Shown here one piece after another: positions 23,256-35,866 of a DNA stretch of 64,000 nucleotides (positions within the stretch are counted from its first letter, which is position 1; each line of letters starts with the position of its first letter). The notes under the pieces were generated by a model. The model did not search any database, was not told the origin of the DNA, and worked only from the letters and a program-made list of their open reading frames with translations. The DNA lies in NCBI GenBank assembly GCA_045837725.1, contig JBEWZL010000263.1:124001-188000 (forward strand), given 5' to 3'. The translations under genes and the position numbers were made by a program. The DNA comes from Vermamoeba vermiformis (Eukaryota).

Positions 23256-24011
23256 CTACAATTTAATGGTGTACAGTACACAAAAACTGCTCTCAGCCCA
23301 CTTGGCCGGACTGTCAGAGCCCAACACGCTGGTCCGCTGCTCCGCACTCCTCAATTCTCCGCCTTTCCTTTTTAGGCGCGTGCGAGCGTTGGCGTACCAC
23401 ATGGTGACCTGTTTGACACTCAGGCCAGTCAGCGCACTCACGCGCTCGCGCACACTCGTCGTGGGATAGGGCTCGCTGTCAAAACCTGTCAATGACGTGT
23501 CAGGTGCGCAGAGGTCAGCAGATGACACGTGTCACTCACAGAGCTTGAGATATTCATCGACCAGGGTGCGCTGTGCCACCGTGATCACGTGACAAATCTT
23601 CGCGCACAGCAGTTGTTCCATTTGATGTCCGAATTGCAGCATGGCCTATATAGGAATGTTAGACAAAGTGGTGCAAGTGTCAGTGTCACGTGCCAGCAAT
23701 CACGTGTCCATTACCTGGTCCAGTGGTTTCGCGCCTCCAGGCCCACAGTGAGTGCCGTGTAGTCGACAGAAGACAACATATCTCTGAGCTAGAGTTCATC
23801 AATCAGTGTCAGTCAGTACCCCCCACACACAGTCCCCTACCTTCCTCTCGTATCTGTTCTTCACATCTTCGAACATCGCGTCTTGTTCCTGCACGGCAAT
23901 GCGGATCATCTCGCGCTGCAGGGCGGTGAGGCACTCCAACTCCAAGCCGAGCTCAGCGAGCAGTGCATAGACGATCTTCAGTCCGCGCGTAGGTCTGTTG
24001 GGTATTGTCAT
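23256..24011 (-). CDS. Atypical TALE-like homeodomain protein (HD-A)
   Basis: Spliced ITVAQRTLVDEYLKLCFDSEPYPTTSVRERVSALTGLSVKQVTMWYANARTRLKRK with a helical N-terminal region. One internal splice donor is uncertain. Confidence 0.8.
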
Positions 24012-24134
24012 CGTGTATATAATGCAATAATACGCCAATTCAGGGCACTGTGTTTTTGGTCAGTTCGGAAATTTCACTCAAGTTTCACACATTATTGCGT
24101 GTGATCGGTTCAGACTAGCGACTGAGGCCGCAAC

Positions 24135-24582
24135 ATGAGTGATCCAAGAGCAGTCGCCTTTGTAGCGTCATTTATCAAGGACTTCGAGGCAGAGTGCCAG
24201 CAGACAGTGGCAGAGTTCAACAAGAGCAAAATAGTGCCCTTAGAACCGGACCAGAAGCCTGTGAATAAGATCAATGCCGAGATTAAACAGGTGTTAATTA
24301 AGTAATAATATTCGAGCTAATTCAGCTGACGAGAAACTAATAATCCTAAGGTGGTTGGAGCAACATCTGGACAATCCCTATCCCACTGACGCAGAGAAGC
24401 AAGAGCTGTGTCGTAATACAGGTATAAATATGAATCAACTAACGAACTGGTTCATCAATGCGCGACAACGACTGGTGCCGAAATTGAAAGCGAAACGTAC
24501 TGCAGATCCGAGCCACGTGTTTGATACAGAGCACATTAATAAGAAACGACGTGTGGAGGGTGTTGATCGCATGGAGATGTAG
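24135..24582 (+). CDS. TALE homeodomain protein (HD-B)
   Basis: Intron 24302-24349 gives KQVLIKWLEQHLDNPYPTDAEKQELCRNTGINMNQLTNWFINARQR, a canonical 3-aa loop extension with I50. Confidence 0.93.
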
Positions 24583-24672
24583 TTTTTCAGCGCAGTTCAT
24601 TAGTGTTAGCGACCTTAAACAAGATAATTTCTGTAAATAAACAATTAATCAGATCCGCTTCTGTTCTTAACC

Positions 24673-26974
24673 ATGAAACACAGTGCGCGCAGTATACAAA
24701 CTGAATGCGACAGTATTAGACAGTTGTTGATAGATGTCGGCAATTCACTGGGACTGCAAGGTGATGTGGATCACGGTAAAAGTACGTTTTGAAGCACATC
24801 TGCTTCCATAATTTCGAATAATATGCCATTGACATATTTATAATGCATTAATTATATGGCTCAATTATGTAACCGATTGTTGAATTTTAAAAATCCCCAC
24901 GCGTTCAAACAATTAATTAATCGCTGGCAGTCCATCCACACGGGCCAATCAACATTGATGCGTTACAAATGCAGTTCACTGAACGCGTGACACGTGTCAA
25001 AACAGCACTCACGCGCGCACGTCATTGGTCCGCAGCTGACGCCAGCAAGCGACTGTTGAATTTGAGCAAAGTAAGCGCAGTGTTTGCAAGAATTCAGCTG
25101 ATTTCCTAATTAGGACAAGTCCCTGGAAGATGTCAAACTGAAGTCGCTGAAGAGCAGTGTCAGCACGTGTCAACAACTGGCCGCGAGCTATTTGGAGCGC
25201 GAGACACGTGCCAGCAGCGGTGATCACGTGATCAGCGAGCGACTGAAACAAATAGTTGCAAAGTTAGAGCACGACAAGTTCAGACTATATTTGGAAACAG
25301 CTGACCACGGTGACGACCTCTTAGTGACAGCTGTCAACACCACGCCCAAAATTAGCGTCACCATCACGTGTCCGAGCTATCTGATCGATGTACGGGACTG
25401 CGAATATTTCCTAATTAGGCTAACTCTGTGACAGATAGTGATCCACAACAGCGCAGTGCAGAGTTTGACACTTCAGCTGTCAGTGCAGGACTTTGAACGA
25501 CACGACGAACACTTTGCCGATAAATTGTTGCAAACACTCACGCGCCAGCAGTTCAGTGAATTTGAACGACTGCTGATCAATCTCCATCGGAGATATCAAG
25601 CACTGGATGACACGCGCGATCTATTTTTAGCTCAGGGCCCTGCATCCACAGCAGTTGATGTCAAACGAATTCTTTTCACGTTCGAGGATGACATTGCACG
25701 CATTTGTCAGCACGAGAGGTACGTTACCACCAAATTAGGCAATGACGCGACTGACACCTTGACAGCACGGTGTTCGGTGCAGAACTGAGTTTGACACGTC
25801 ATCACGGCCAGTTGATGTGCGAGGACAGTCGCGGCCGATATCTCCGCTATCACTGCACTGCACTGGCCCTGGTCGAGGCACGTGATCGACTCGCACACCT
25901 GGCACGTGATCATGCTGGCACTTACTGTCTCGCACTCAATGTGGAACTGGACAGCACCTTGTCGAGGCTGATGACTGACACGTGTCAATTGCCCGTTGAC
26001 ACGCAGATTGATTCACTGAACGGCAGTGTCAACGCGAGACTCGGACACAGCGTCGTGTTCAAGAGTGATCACGTGACTCGTGTGCCGAGGACTGCGAATG
26101 ACACGTGTCAAACAGCGACTCTGAGCTATGTGATGACGCTCGACCAGGGCCTCGTGCTCGCCACTGAGAGTCTGCAAGCCATTCACAGTGTCATTACAGG
26201 TCGCGGAGTGACAGGTGTCATCAGCCAGGTCGATCTGAATCACGTGCTCAACGACGACATGACAGCACTGCTCTCGACGGAGAGTGGCAATCTCGGTGTG
26301 TCACTGATTGATCTATTAATAGCGCAAGCACGTGATCAGGCACGTGACACGTTGACAGTACAGAATGACATTCATGAACTGCAGGCTGACATTGTAAGTG
26401 GCACGCTGACACTCAGTGCCGTACTGACCTTACTTTGACAGCACCTCGATCACGTGCTCGATGACCTGTCAACACGTGTCACACACCGCTACGTGATGAG
26501 TCACGTGACACCCTCTGACATCCCTGCGGTGACTATAAATAGAATTCCCTTCACGCACATCTCGCAAGTGCACCCCGTGCTGCAGATTCTGCGCCAACAG
26601 GTCAGTATTTCCTAATATGGCAAGTGTGGTACTGACCAATCGCGTGACAGCTCGTGTTCAGTGAATTGCTCGCCTCGTGTTTCATCAGTCCGCTGCAAAG
26701 GCCAGTGAATGATGCGTTGACACGTGCCACGTGCGAAGTGATCGAGATTGTGACACTGCGGAACAATTATCTCCTGCTCAATCTCGTGCCACGTGGCAGT
26801 CACACAGTTGTTCCGCTCAGCGTGGAGATCAACGTGCAGCTCAATGGCGAGATTGCAGTGTCCAGTGCAGAACCGAGTCTGACACCGATAGTGACACGTG
26901 TCAGTGAGGTGTTGACAGTGACGCGTAATATTCCGCTGTTCGTTCATGAATTGCTTGTCAATCTGTCAAAGTAA
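24673..26974 (+). CDS. MED1: Mediator subunit Med1
   Basis: ITCPSYLIDV, QQFSEFERLLINL and IPFTHISQVHPVLQILRQQLVFSELLASC resemble Med1 N-domain motifs; about 6 introns. Confidence 0.72.
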
Positions 26975-27097
26975 ATAGTTTGTTGTACATAGCACATACA
27001 ATTTATTCACTTCTGTGCACAACACCGCACATACATTATTATTATCAACTACCCCATATATATTACTATCCCCCCTCTCTCCCTATACTCCTTCACT

Positions 27098-27757
27098 ATG
27101 ACCGCACAGCCACGTGTCATCAAGCTCACTGACGACCTTGCTTTTGGCGCGCAGCCGTCAGAGAATGAACTCAAGTCCCTCGCACAGGACGGCATTAAAT
27201 CGGTGATTAATATGCGCGAGACTCACGAGAAGGGTGAGTCCGCAGTACTTAATTAGAATATTTTAATTATTTTTTTGAATTATTTTCTCGGATCTGAATT
27301 TCAAATTTCCCCGTCTGTCATAAGATCACTATTAACAGTATCTACTACAGGATTCATAGACGATGAACAGAATTTAGTCGAGTCACAAGGTCTGAAATAC
27401 GATCTGGTGCCAATCAGAGTACGTCAATCAACTCTGTTAGATGCACTCTATACTCATATTGTACTGCAGGACGCGAATGACTTCACCGCTGAATACACCA
27501 ACAATATTATCAACAAGATTGAAGCTATGCCCAAGCCAATTCTCGTGCACTGCAATGTCGGGTAAGTCACATCCAGTACACCAGCGCAGTACTCACTCCT
27601 CTCTAGCCTCACTGCAGCAATAGCCTCGCTCTTGTATGTAGGCAAGGCAATGAAGGTCGATGCTGATCAAGTCTTTGCTTGGGCAACAGATCTGGGTTAC
27701 AACCTCGCCTTTCATGCGCAGCTGTATCAGTTCATCAAAGACTACATGAAGCAGTAA
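27098..27757 (+). CDS. DUF442/BLH-type phosphatase-like (sulfur-transferase-like) protein
   Basis: GAQPSENELKSLAQDGIKSVINMR and PKPILVHCNVGLTA motifs; 3 introns. Confidence 0.75.
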
Positions 27758-27924
27758 TCATGTGTCGTGCATTAAATATAATTGTATATTTGATACTCTT
27801 TACTATAATACACTAGAATACAAGCGAGTTTTCAGTGCAGATCTGTTTCCAGTACAAAATCAAATCAGATCTGCATGGCCTCGCGTCACTATAACATAAC
27901 CGTAATGCTACTATCGCCAATTGC

Positions 27925-28585
27925 TTATATCACGCGATCTGTGTAGCCGTAAGTCATAGTCTCTTCTAACAGCTCAGATCGTTCTTCGAGATCCTGATCG
28001 CGCATTGATTTGAGCACGTGTTCAGCGGAGGGCTCTTGCAGCTCCCCAGCAATGATCAGCTCGTCCAATATAGTGTACACGCGATCAAAGTAGAAGACGA
28101 GATCGAGCTCACACACCGAGCCAAAGTACTTGTCGAGCACCACGCAGAACTGATGCAGCACTTCGAGCGCGAGGAGTTCATTGTCAGTGCGATCCATGCC
28201 CAGTATGAAATATACACTCGCGTATCTATTATAATAGAAGTGAGTAGCTGCTTACAGTTAACAGCGGATCTAGACTGAGCAGTTGGAATTAAATTATTTG
28301 AAATATTCGTAAAATTGTAAATTCAACGCCAACGAGTGCTATTATGATAATATATACCTGCGATAAGCAACAATATGTTCTTTGTACTCGTAGAAATTGC
28401 ACTGTTTGCGATCGCGTTTGGGGATGGAGGAAGAGACTTCGCGCACAATTCTGTTCTTGTCTTTCTGCGTGAATGTAGTGTACCACTTGGCTAGTCGCAC
28501 TTTGCCTTGTCGATTCAGAAACAATATGTAGTTGATCTGCGGACACAGTGTTAGTTGAGTTACTGCGCACCACTGCTCTTACCAT
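27925..28585 (-). CDS. AP1S: AP-1 adaptor complex sigma subunit
   Basis: NRQGKVRLAKWY, YRRYASVYF and DNELLALEVLH...DKYFGSVCELDLVF motifs; ATG-only first exon. Confidence 0.9.
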
Positions 28586-28720
28586 TGTGAATGTATACTA
28601 TCGATGGTCGATTGATTATTATTGTTGTTATTATAATTATAAGTATCACTTGTGGCCTCGTGTTACAACAGTTGTGACATTTGGATTTATTTTACAAGCT
28701 CTGATTGGTGCTCAGTAACA

Positions 28721-29447
28721 TCAAGCAGTGGTGAATAGCGCTACAATAGGACACTCTACGCGTTCATAATCAAGCTGTTTCATACGCACCGAATCAGTGC
28801 GCAGGCCCGCGTTGAAGTCGATCCACTCCACTGCGCGCAACGACTCGTCCATGTAGCTCTGCAGTCCCAGTACACTGCCCTGGTGCGCGGTGAGTATAGA
28901 GAGGGCTATATATATATATGACACTAGGCACACTTACAAAGGGTGGTACTGCACCGGGCAAGCACTTGGTCAACTGCGATCCGTGTCAGTACAAGCATTA
29001 CCAAATAAGGCAATAGTGAATCACGTGACTGACCTTGATCACTTCTTCTTCAGTCGCGAAGCTGATGGACTTGACTTGCAACAGCTTCTTTACTGCTTTC
29101 GAATCCAATTTCTTGACTGCACTCATCACAAACAACACGTAGCGGATCTGCTCGGCCTTGTCTTTGGTCTTCATCACAATAGCTTTAGCACCGCACTCGA
29201 GCTTAGAATTGCTGTTATTGTACGCATTAGTGATAATTAGGTTGAAATAAAAGGTTTATTTACCGGATCTGCGCCGCTTGTTCTGAAGTGCGCACTGGTT
29301 CATGATGTGTATGTTGATATTCGATATTATTCTCCTAATTAGGTGAATTAATTACTGTCGTTGGCTCTAGATCTCTGAGCGTTATTTGTCTACCTTCAAT
29401 TTGAGCTTAATGTTCTCAAATACCGTGCTGTCTTCGCTCTCACTCAT
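28721..29447 (-). CDS. YbaK/ProX aminoacyl-tRNA deacylase domain protein
   Basis: HEPVRTSEQAAQIR, KKLDSKAVKKLL, SFATEEEV, CLPGAVPPFG and IDFNAG motifs. Confidence 0.82.
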
Positions 29448-29620
29448 CGCTGATTAATACGCGCTATATTAATGTGATCTATAGTAATTACTTTGCACTA
29501 GCAGTTGTGGTGCGGTGTTAGTGCATTGAATAATTTTATTCACAGAACGGCAATTATTTACAGATTTCCACAAATGTACACGAGGGCCCTTTGACAGGTG
29601 TCAAACAGCGTACTGCACCA

Positions 29621-32600
29621 CTAAGCGAGTCCAAAGCCCTGGTAGTTCTGTATCGCCGTCAACAGCATGGCGTGCAGTTTGTCGTAGCTGTCGTACTCGG
29701 GCAACAGCAGCATGGAGAAGCACGTGTGACCCGTCGGCAGTCTGCGGCACGGTGAGCATGTCTAAATTAGGCAATCACGTGATCACGTACCTGTTCGAGT
29801 CAGGGCCATTGCGTTGTATCGTCATTGTCACCTCGCCCAGGCCCTTGAGTGGCGCGCGGTCAGTGCCAGTCACGAAGGCGAGAAATTTCTTCTTGTTTTC
29901 TTCGCTCAGTCCACGCACCACTTGCCATAAATGGCGAATCACGGGACTGTGCGGCTCGTAGTCCACATAGCGCGCACGTGACTCGAGTGCGTCGAAGTCG
30001 AGCACTGGTGAGCCACAGATGAGCTGTTCGAGTTCAAAGGGACGACATAACTATATTAGGAAAGTGCACGGTGAGTAGTGCGATAGGAGTATTCGTGATT
30101 ACTATATTTGGCAGTACCTTCAAGACATCAGAGCCGCACACAAGATGAAATCCCGCGCTGAATGCTGAGAATGCGCGCTCGATTGAGATATTGAGGAGAT
30201 AATCCACGTACAAATCCACGAATTCTAAATTAGGCAAGTCAGTCATTGCAGATATTTTCATTTCTTTTGTTACCGTGTCGATTCTGATTGGTCACTGCGA
30301 CATCATCACCGCGCAGCAAGAGATCACCATATATGGTATTGTTGTTTCTATTTTTGTCGCGCTTGACTTGCATGAGATCCACAGTGACAGGTGCGCCATT
30401 GATCTGCACTTGTATCTCGAATGTCATTGCGAGGTCTTCAACATCGCCCTCATAGGCCAGCAGTTGTTCGAGACCACGTGTCAGTTCGGGATTAAATTGC
30501 TTTAATTCGCGCAGTGTCACCTTCTCGCCGAGCAGTTTGCTATAAATAGCCTGTGGGAACTGCACGTCAAGGATGACACCGTTGTACATCGCGAGACCGA
30601 TCATCTAAATTAGGCAAGTGCTTAGATACCAGTGAGTGACACGTGTCAACCAGTGACTTACGAGACCTGTCAACTCGAACAAGTGTCGCTTGTGACGCAC
30701 GTGACCGTCGAACCAAATATGGCGATGTTCATTGTCGTACACGAACAGACCCATCTCAGGGCGGAACAATTCATGAACGATGAGCTGACAGAATTCTTTG
30801 GTGACACCGCCCTGGTCGACACCCTCCTCGTTCATGAACTTCACTTTGAGCGGCTTTTTCAAGTCAGTCAACTTCTGTTTGATCTGTTCGAGCGTGTCTT
30901 CAATCACGTGATCGCGTCGCACTGTCAGGTACAAATGTGTCGCGGCAGCCTTTGCAACAATTTCTTCATTGACTAATTCGGAAGTGAGGCCCTGACCCTG
31001 CTGCATGCCTGGGAACGAGCCCTCCTTCATGATTTCACTGAACGCGGCCAGTGTGATGGCATCCTGTCACATGTCAGTTGAGTGTTTGCAAGAATTTTGC
31101 TGTCACGTGACACACCTCGACTTTCGAGCTCATTTCCAAGAAGGAATCAATGTGGAACAACTTGGCCTTGATGACTGGCGTGAACAGGAATGGATAGTCG
31201 AACAGCGACATCGAGCACTTGCCACTTGCCATATATGGTAATGTTAGTAACACGCTGCAATACACATCCATAAAAGGCAACTGACCTCTTCCACAGCTTG
31301 TACTCGTCTTTGAGATTGGTGAGTTCACTGTTGACACGCGTGTCATAGAACAGCTGCGCCTCAATGATCACGTGCTCGTCATTTGCCTTATATAGTCGTT
31401 GCAGAATCAGCAGGGCATTGCGCAGCTCTTCACTGGTGCGGAACAATTGTGGCGTGAAAAATGTGTCAAACGAGTGCTGCACAGTCTGCACTATTTTTAG
31501 AAATCTGTTCGGTGGCAATCTGTCAAGGAGAGAGTGAGTGAGTGCTAAAAATAGCTGCAGTGGCACGTACAGCGCAATCATCTTGACGAGCATGTGCAGC
31601 GTACTCTCGGGCAGCACACGCATGGCGCGGATCAGTCGCTTCAACACGTGCACGTAGCTCTCTGAACGTGTCAGCAGAGGGTTCTAAAAATAGATTAGAG
31701 TCAGTACACAGTCACGCCGTTCAGTGAAATCACGTGCCTGCAGCAGGATCAAGAACACGCGCAGTTCTCGTGGATGCACGACAGTCTTGGCCCAGGGCGT
31801 GAGACGAAAGACAATAATCTCAAAGGCCTGCGTCAACTCGTGCTCCCAGTGCTTCTATTTTTAGATCTGTCAGTCAACGGTGTGCAGCAGCGACACTTAC
31901 ATTCAGCACTAATTTCTTGTAAATGCGCGGCAGTGCTTCAATGTCGAGTGCTGCATAAGAGGTTAGTCACGTGATCTACCAGGGCCATTGAGCGTCACTG
32001 GCACGCACCGTCAAATTCGCGTCGGATCAGTGTCTCTTCGTCCACCAGTGCGTCACTGCTCGCTGTGGGTTTGCTCTAAAAATAGATGTTAGTTACGGTT
32101 TCATGTTACCCAAATATAGGTTAACATATCCGAATATAGTCCTACCTTCAAAAAGCTGTCGCACAGAGCCACAGGACTCGAGAACAGTGCGCGAATCAGT
32201 TTCGCAGCCTCGTCCGTGTCACGTGTCAACACGAGTATCAGCTGACTGACACTCACCGGTGCGACATCCTCGTTGACATCTGTCACTTCTGCATCGTCAC
32301 TGACACGCCACTTGGACCACACGAGTGGTGGACTGTGCGGCACGTGATCGTCGTGTATCACCGACTCGAGACCAGGCACGTGACGCTTGGCAGAGGGAAT
32401 GGCGCGCGAGGACTGCAGCAGCGAGAACAAGAAGGGCGTGGAGCGCGGGTTGGTGACTGGTGAGCGCGTGAGTGCGGGGGAAGTGGGCGTGGAGTGCGCG
32501 AGGGGCGTGGTCGGTGTGCGGCGTGTGGCTGAGAGGTGTGTTGTTCAGTGAACGGTGTGCCACTCCTGGTGACCCGACCTCACTCGTGGTGGGGGCTGTG

Positions 32601-33262
32601 GCCGTATTCGATGGCGCGGTGCCAGTCACGTGCTTGGTCACGTGATTCGGACTCGGAGAATTGAGCAGTGGTGCGCACAAGTGGTGGCGGGACTTGGCTG
32701 CGAGTGTTGCGGCCCAGACTGCTGCATCGGTGTCGGAGAGGCGCGGACACTCTACGGCATGGTGTTAGTACAAATAGTGGAGTACGTGGTGGTACGAGAC
32801 TGAGGAGTGGTGAGATGCGATTGAACTCAATGAGATTATGATTTACGGACATTTCAGTAAATCTTAAATTACGATCGCATGCAATGAATAAGCACTATTA
32901 ATATCACACTATTGTCCTACTATCGAATAGACGTGGTTAATTACCTGGACATGAGCGACAGAATTTATTTTTGCAATTTTCCTTGCCGCATCCTTTTGTT
33001 AATTGATTGTAATACCTAAAAACGATATTATAAGCACGATGTCGATTAATAATAAGCAAATTTCTCACCGAGCAACAAGTTTTTCATATCGTTTTCGAGT
33101 TTGAGCCTCGTTGAGCGAAGGAGAGCCGATCTTGTCGAGACTAGCACTGCGCGTTATCTGTATTTTAGGCCGCGCATTGATAGGCAATGAGGGTGTCTTA
33201 ACACCAGATCCGCTCACTGCTCCACTGCTCTCTTGGGAGGTAGATGGAGGTGTTTTTTCCAT
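29621..33262 (-). CDS. HECT E3 ubiquitin ligase (UBE3A/HERC4/HECTD2-like)
   Basis: [54 protein letters not shown] and QGFGLA*. Linkage of the 5' exons (33262-32100) is inferred. Confidence 0.9.
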
Positions 33263-33515
33263 GTAGTGGTGTTGCGTATCATAAACAGTAGTGCAGTTGT
33301 GGTACTCGCAGTGTTTGGACTTATTAAAGGCCCCCCTAATATCAGCACCACGTGCCCTCCTCTCTGATCACGTGCTCCGATTCAGTCACGTGACTGCACA
33401 CGCCATGTCTTTCCAACGAATCTGCGTCAGTTTTACACTTACACACAGTTGTTCGCACACACAACTCACACTGAATTCGCTACTCACTCGCAGCTTCCAT
33501 ACACTACGCCACATC

Positions 33516-33959
33516 ATGAGCAAGGTTCACGTAAGTACTGCGCGGCATGAGCTCCATCCAACGAGGAATTAATTCGGGCAATTCTGTGCATTAGGTCGAA
33601 TACTGCACGTCCTGAGGTTACGGGTCCCGCTTCCAGCGTAAGTATAAGTATTCGGCGTTAGTTGTCGCTGGTTCTAGAAGCCGAATCTGATCTTCTGTTG
33701 CAACAGGAGTAAAACAAGAGATCGAGAAGGCTTTTCCCGGTGCTAAAGTAGAAGGCAACACTAAGGGCAGCCCTCGTACAGGTGCTTTCGAAATTACCGA
33801 CGAGAAGGGCAATGGTGCGTATTGAGTGCATTTATTCGCGGACAATTTCGTTAATTAATTCCGGAATGGCTAGTCTACCACTCCAAGCTGACCAATGGTG
33901 GATTCCCCATGCCTGGTGATGTCACCAAGGCTATGAAGGACAAGGGCTACACTGTCTAA
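33516..33959 (+). CDS. Selenoprotein W-like (Rdx family), CxxU motif
   Basis: Exons 33516-33530, 33595-33637, 33707-33814 and 33874-33959 give MSKVHVEYCTSUGYGSRFQRVKQEIEKAFPGAKVEGNTKGSPRTGAFEITDEKGNVYHSKLTNGGFPMPGDVTKAMKDKGYTV, with in-frame TGA at 33613-15. Confidence 0.93.
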
Positions 33960-34036
33960 GACAGGAGCTCTGTAACTGCGAGGTCTTTGGCGTAGCATCT
34001 AAGAGGTGAGTGCAGTGGCTTGAGAAAGTGAGATCG

Positions 34037-34100
34037 GCGATTGAATGAAGGGCTAGACATCAAGACCGCGCTGTCACGTCTAGCCCCGAACTAATCTGCT
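34037..34100 (+). promoter_or_regulatory. SECIS element (form 2)
   Basis: ATGAA (34045) + GGGCTAGAC pairing with GTCTAGCCC + CGAA (to 34090). Apical AA precedes a GAC/GTC mini-stem; lower helix GATT/AATC. Confidence 0.9.
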
Positions 34101-34250
34101 GGCTATTCACGCTTGTGATTTCAGCGAGCTCTGGCCGATCAGTTCTCAGCTGCTGCGCTCAGCTCTGTTTAGATCCGCTGCAGACACTCGCCGTTGATGG
34201 TTGTACATACGTGCTCTAAGTATGTGCTGCACCAATAAATGACTTTACAC

Positions 34251-35674
34251 CTAGCGCTGGTCCAGTTTTCGCTTGCGTTGTTCTCGCTCGAATTCTTTGC
34301 GCGAATCTGCTCGCGTACCGGCATTGAATACGCGTCCAAATTTAGGCAGCCAGTGCGGATCCGAGTCATCGGCTTGCTCGCCAACACTCACACCCTGTTG
34401 CTCGAGTCGTACTCGATTCGCGTGTTCAGCGCCGATTCTGTTGGGGTTCTTGTTCTGGATGCGGTGTTTTTGGCGCGCAATGGCCAGCAGATTGACTGTC
34501 GGACCCACTTGAACACTTTCAGGCTCCTCGTCTTCTGTCTCCCATGGGGGTCGTGCTCCTGTATGGATATTTCCTTTTTTGGCTAATTCAGGGTCGACGT
34601 GAATAGTAGCGAGTTCTAAATTACCAAATTAGGCAAGTGCGTACAAATGTGGCTGTGTTGCACCAGTACGTACTGTTGTGGTGAGTGCGCGCGACAGTCA
34701 CGTGCTGCACACTCTCGCCGAGCACTGAACTGCCCTGCACCTCGCCCTCAATCTCCGCATCGAGATCAATGCTCCACGCGCGCCAGTCAGCAGCACGTGA
34801 CTTGACAATGCCTCCACGCCACACACGCGTGCCTTGGTGCCACCCTGTGGGGTTCTGCGCGATACCGTCCTTGCTCCACACCGTGCGGGCCTCTGTTTGA
34901 CACCTGTCAGTACTGGTGACGATGCCGATCAGTGTTTGACACTTTGACACTTACCACGTGGCACTGAGCTGTCACTGACTGAGTCAGATGTGTGGGTCAG
35001 AGTGTTCGGCGCGTCACGTGCTTCACTCGGCTGGTCAGTGTCACGTGTCACGGCTGTCAAGTGCAGTCCTCCATCATGATCACGTGCGCGACAGGCCCGC
35101 ACGAAGAGTCCCAATTTGTACTTGAGCAGCGCCTTTTTGAGCCAATAGCGCTGTGGCTGATAGAGCGGTGGGGGCGTGTAGTCTGCAAAGTACTGCTGCA
35201 CCTGCTGCTTGTGCTTCTTGCCGGCCAAGTGCTTCCACAGTGTCGTGCTGCATAGTTATATCGCATTAGCATAGTGTATAGATATATAGAGTGTTAGTGT
35301 ACTGGATCTGTGTGGAATGGGCAAAGAGAAAGCAAAAAAATTAATAATAATTGACAATAAATTCCAACACGAGCCAATCCATTATAGACATACATATTGG
35401 GCCTATTATTATCATCGCCCTCCTCTTCAATATTTTTTAAAGGCGAATAATCCTCGCAAAAATAACATTCAAAAGACGCAACGTCAAATTCGAGATCTTG
35501 CGCCGTGACATCATCAGTGGGTGACAATAAGTGTTCGAGTGCTACTTCTACCGATGCTAGTTTGTCTTCCAAGCGTTGTTTGTGTCGCGGATTGAATCTG
35601 TGCTTCTTCCACTCATAATCGGTGAAGTTACGATAACAGACACGACAATAGTGGAATGGTCGTGGTGTACTCAT
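34251..35674 (-). CDS. CCDC84: CCDC84/CENATAC (TITAN-like) zinc-finger splicing factor
   Basis: N-terminal YCRVC...H...H finger, GNIHTGARPPW, NPNRIGA and WLPKFGRVFNAGTRADSRKEF motifs. Confidence 0.85.
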
Positions 35675-35866
35675 AGCACTGACTATATCGATCTGTTGCT
35701 GGTGTTAATAGATGCCTATTGTGCCATGCCACGTGTTAGTGATGTCATTCAGCTGAAACAAATGAATGAATTGTTTCACGGCTAATTAATTCAGCACTGA
35801 ATTCAGCACCACACCTCACTGGCACAATATATCTCATTATACTTGCACTATTGATACATTTGTGCG

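Noticed and set aside
28583-28585. ATG-only first exons (also 1053)
   Set aside because: Start-codon introns are common in intron-rich eukaryotes.
33613-33615. Alternative genetic code or pseudogene explanation for the in-frame TGA
   Set aside because: TGA terminates other genes here (e.g. 39984, 47305, 51312), and the CxxU context plus SECIS indicate selenocysteine.
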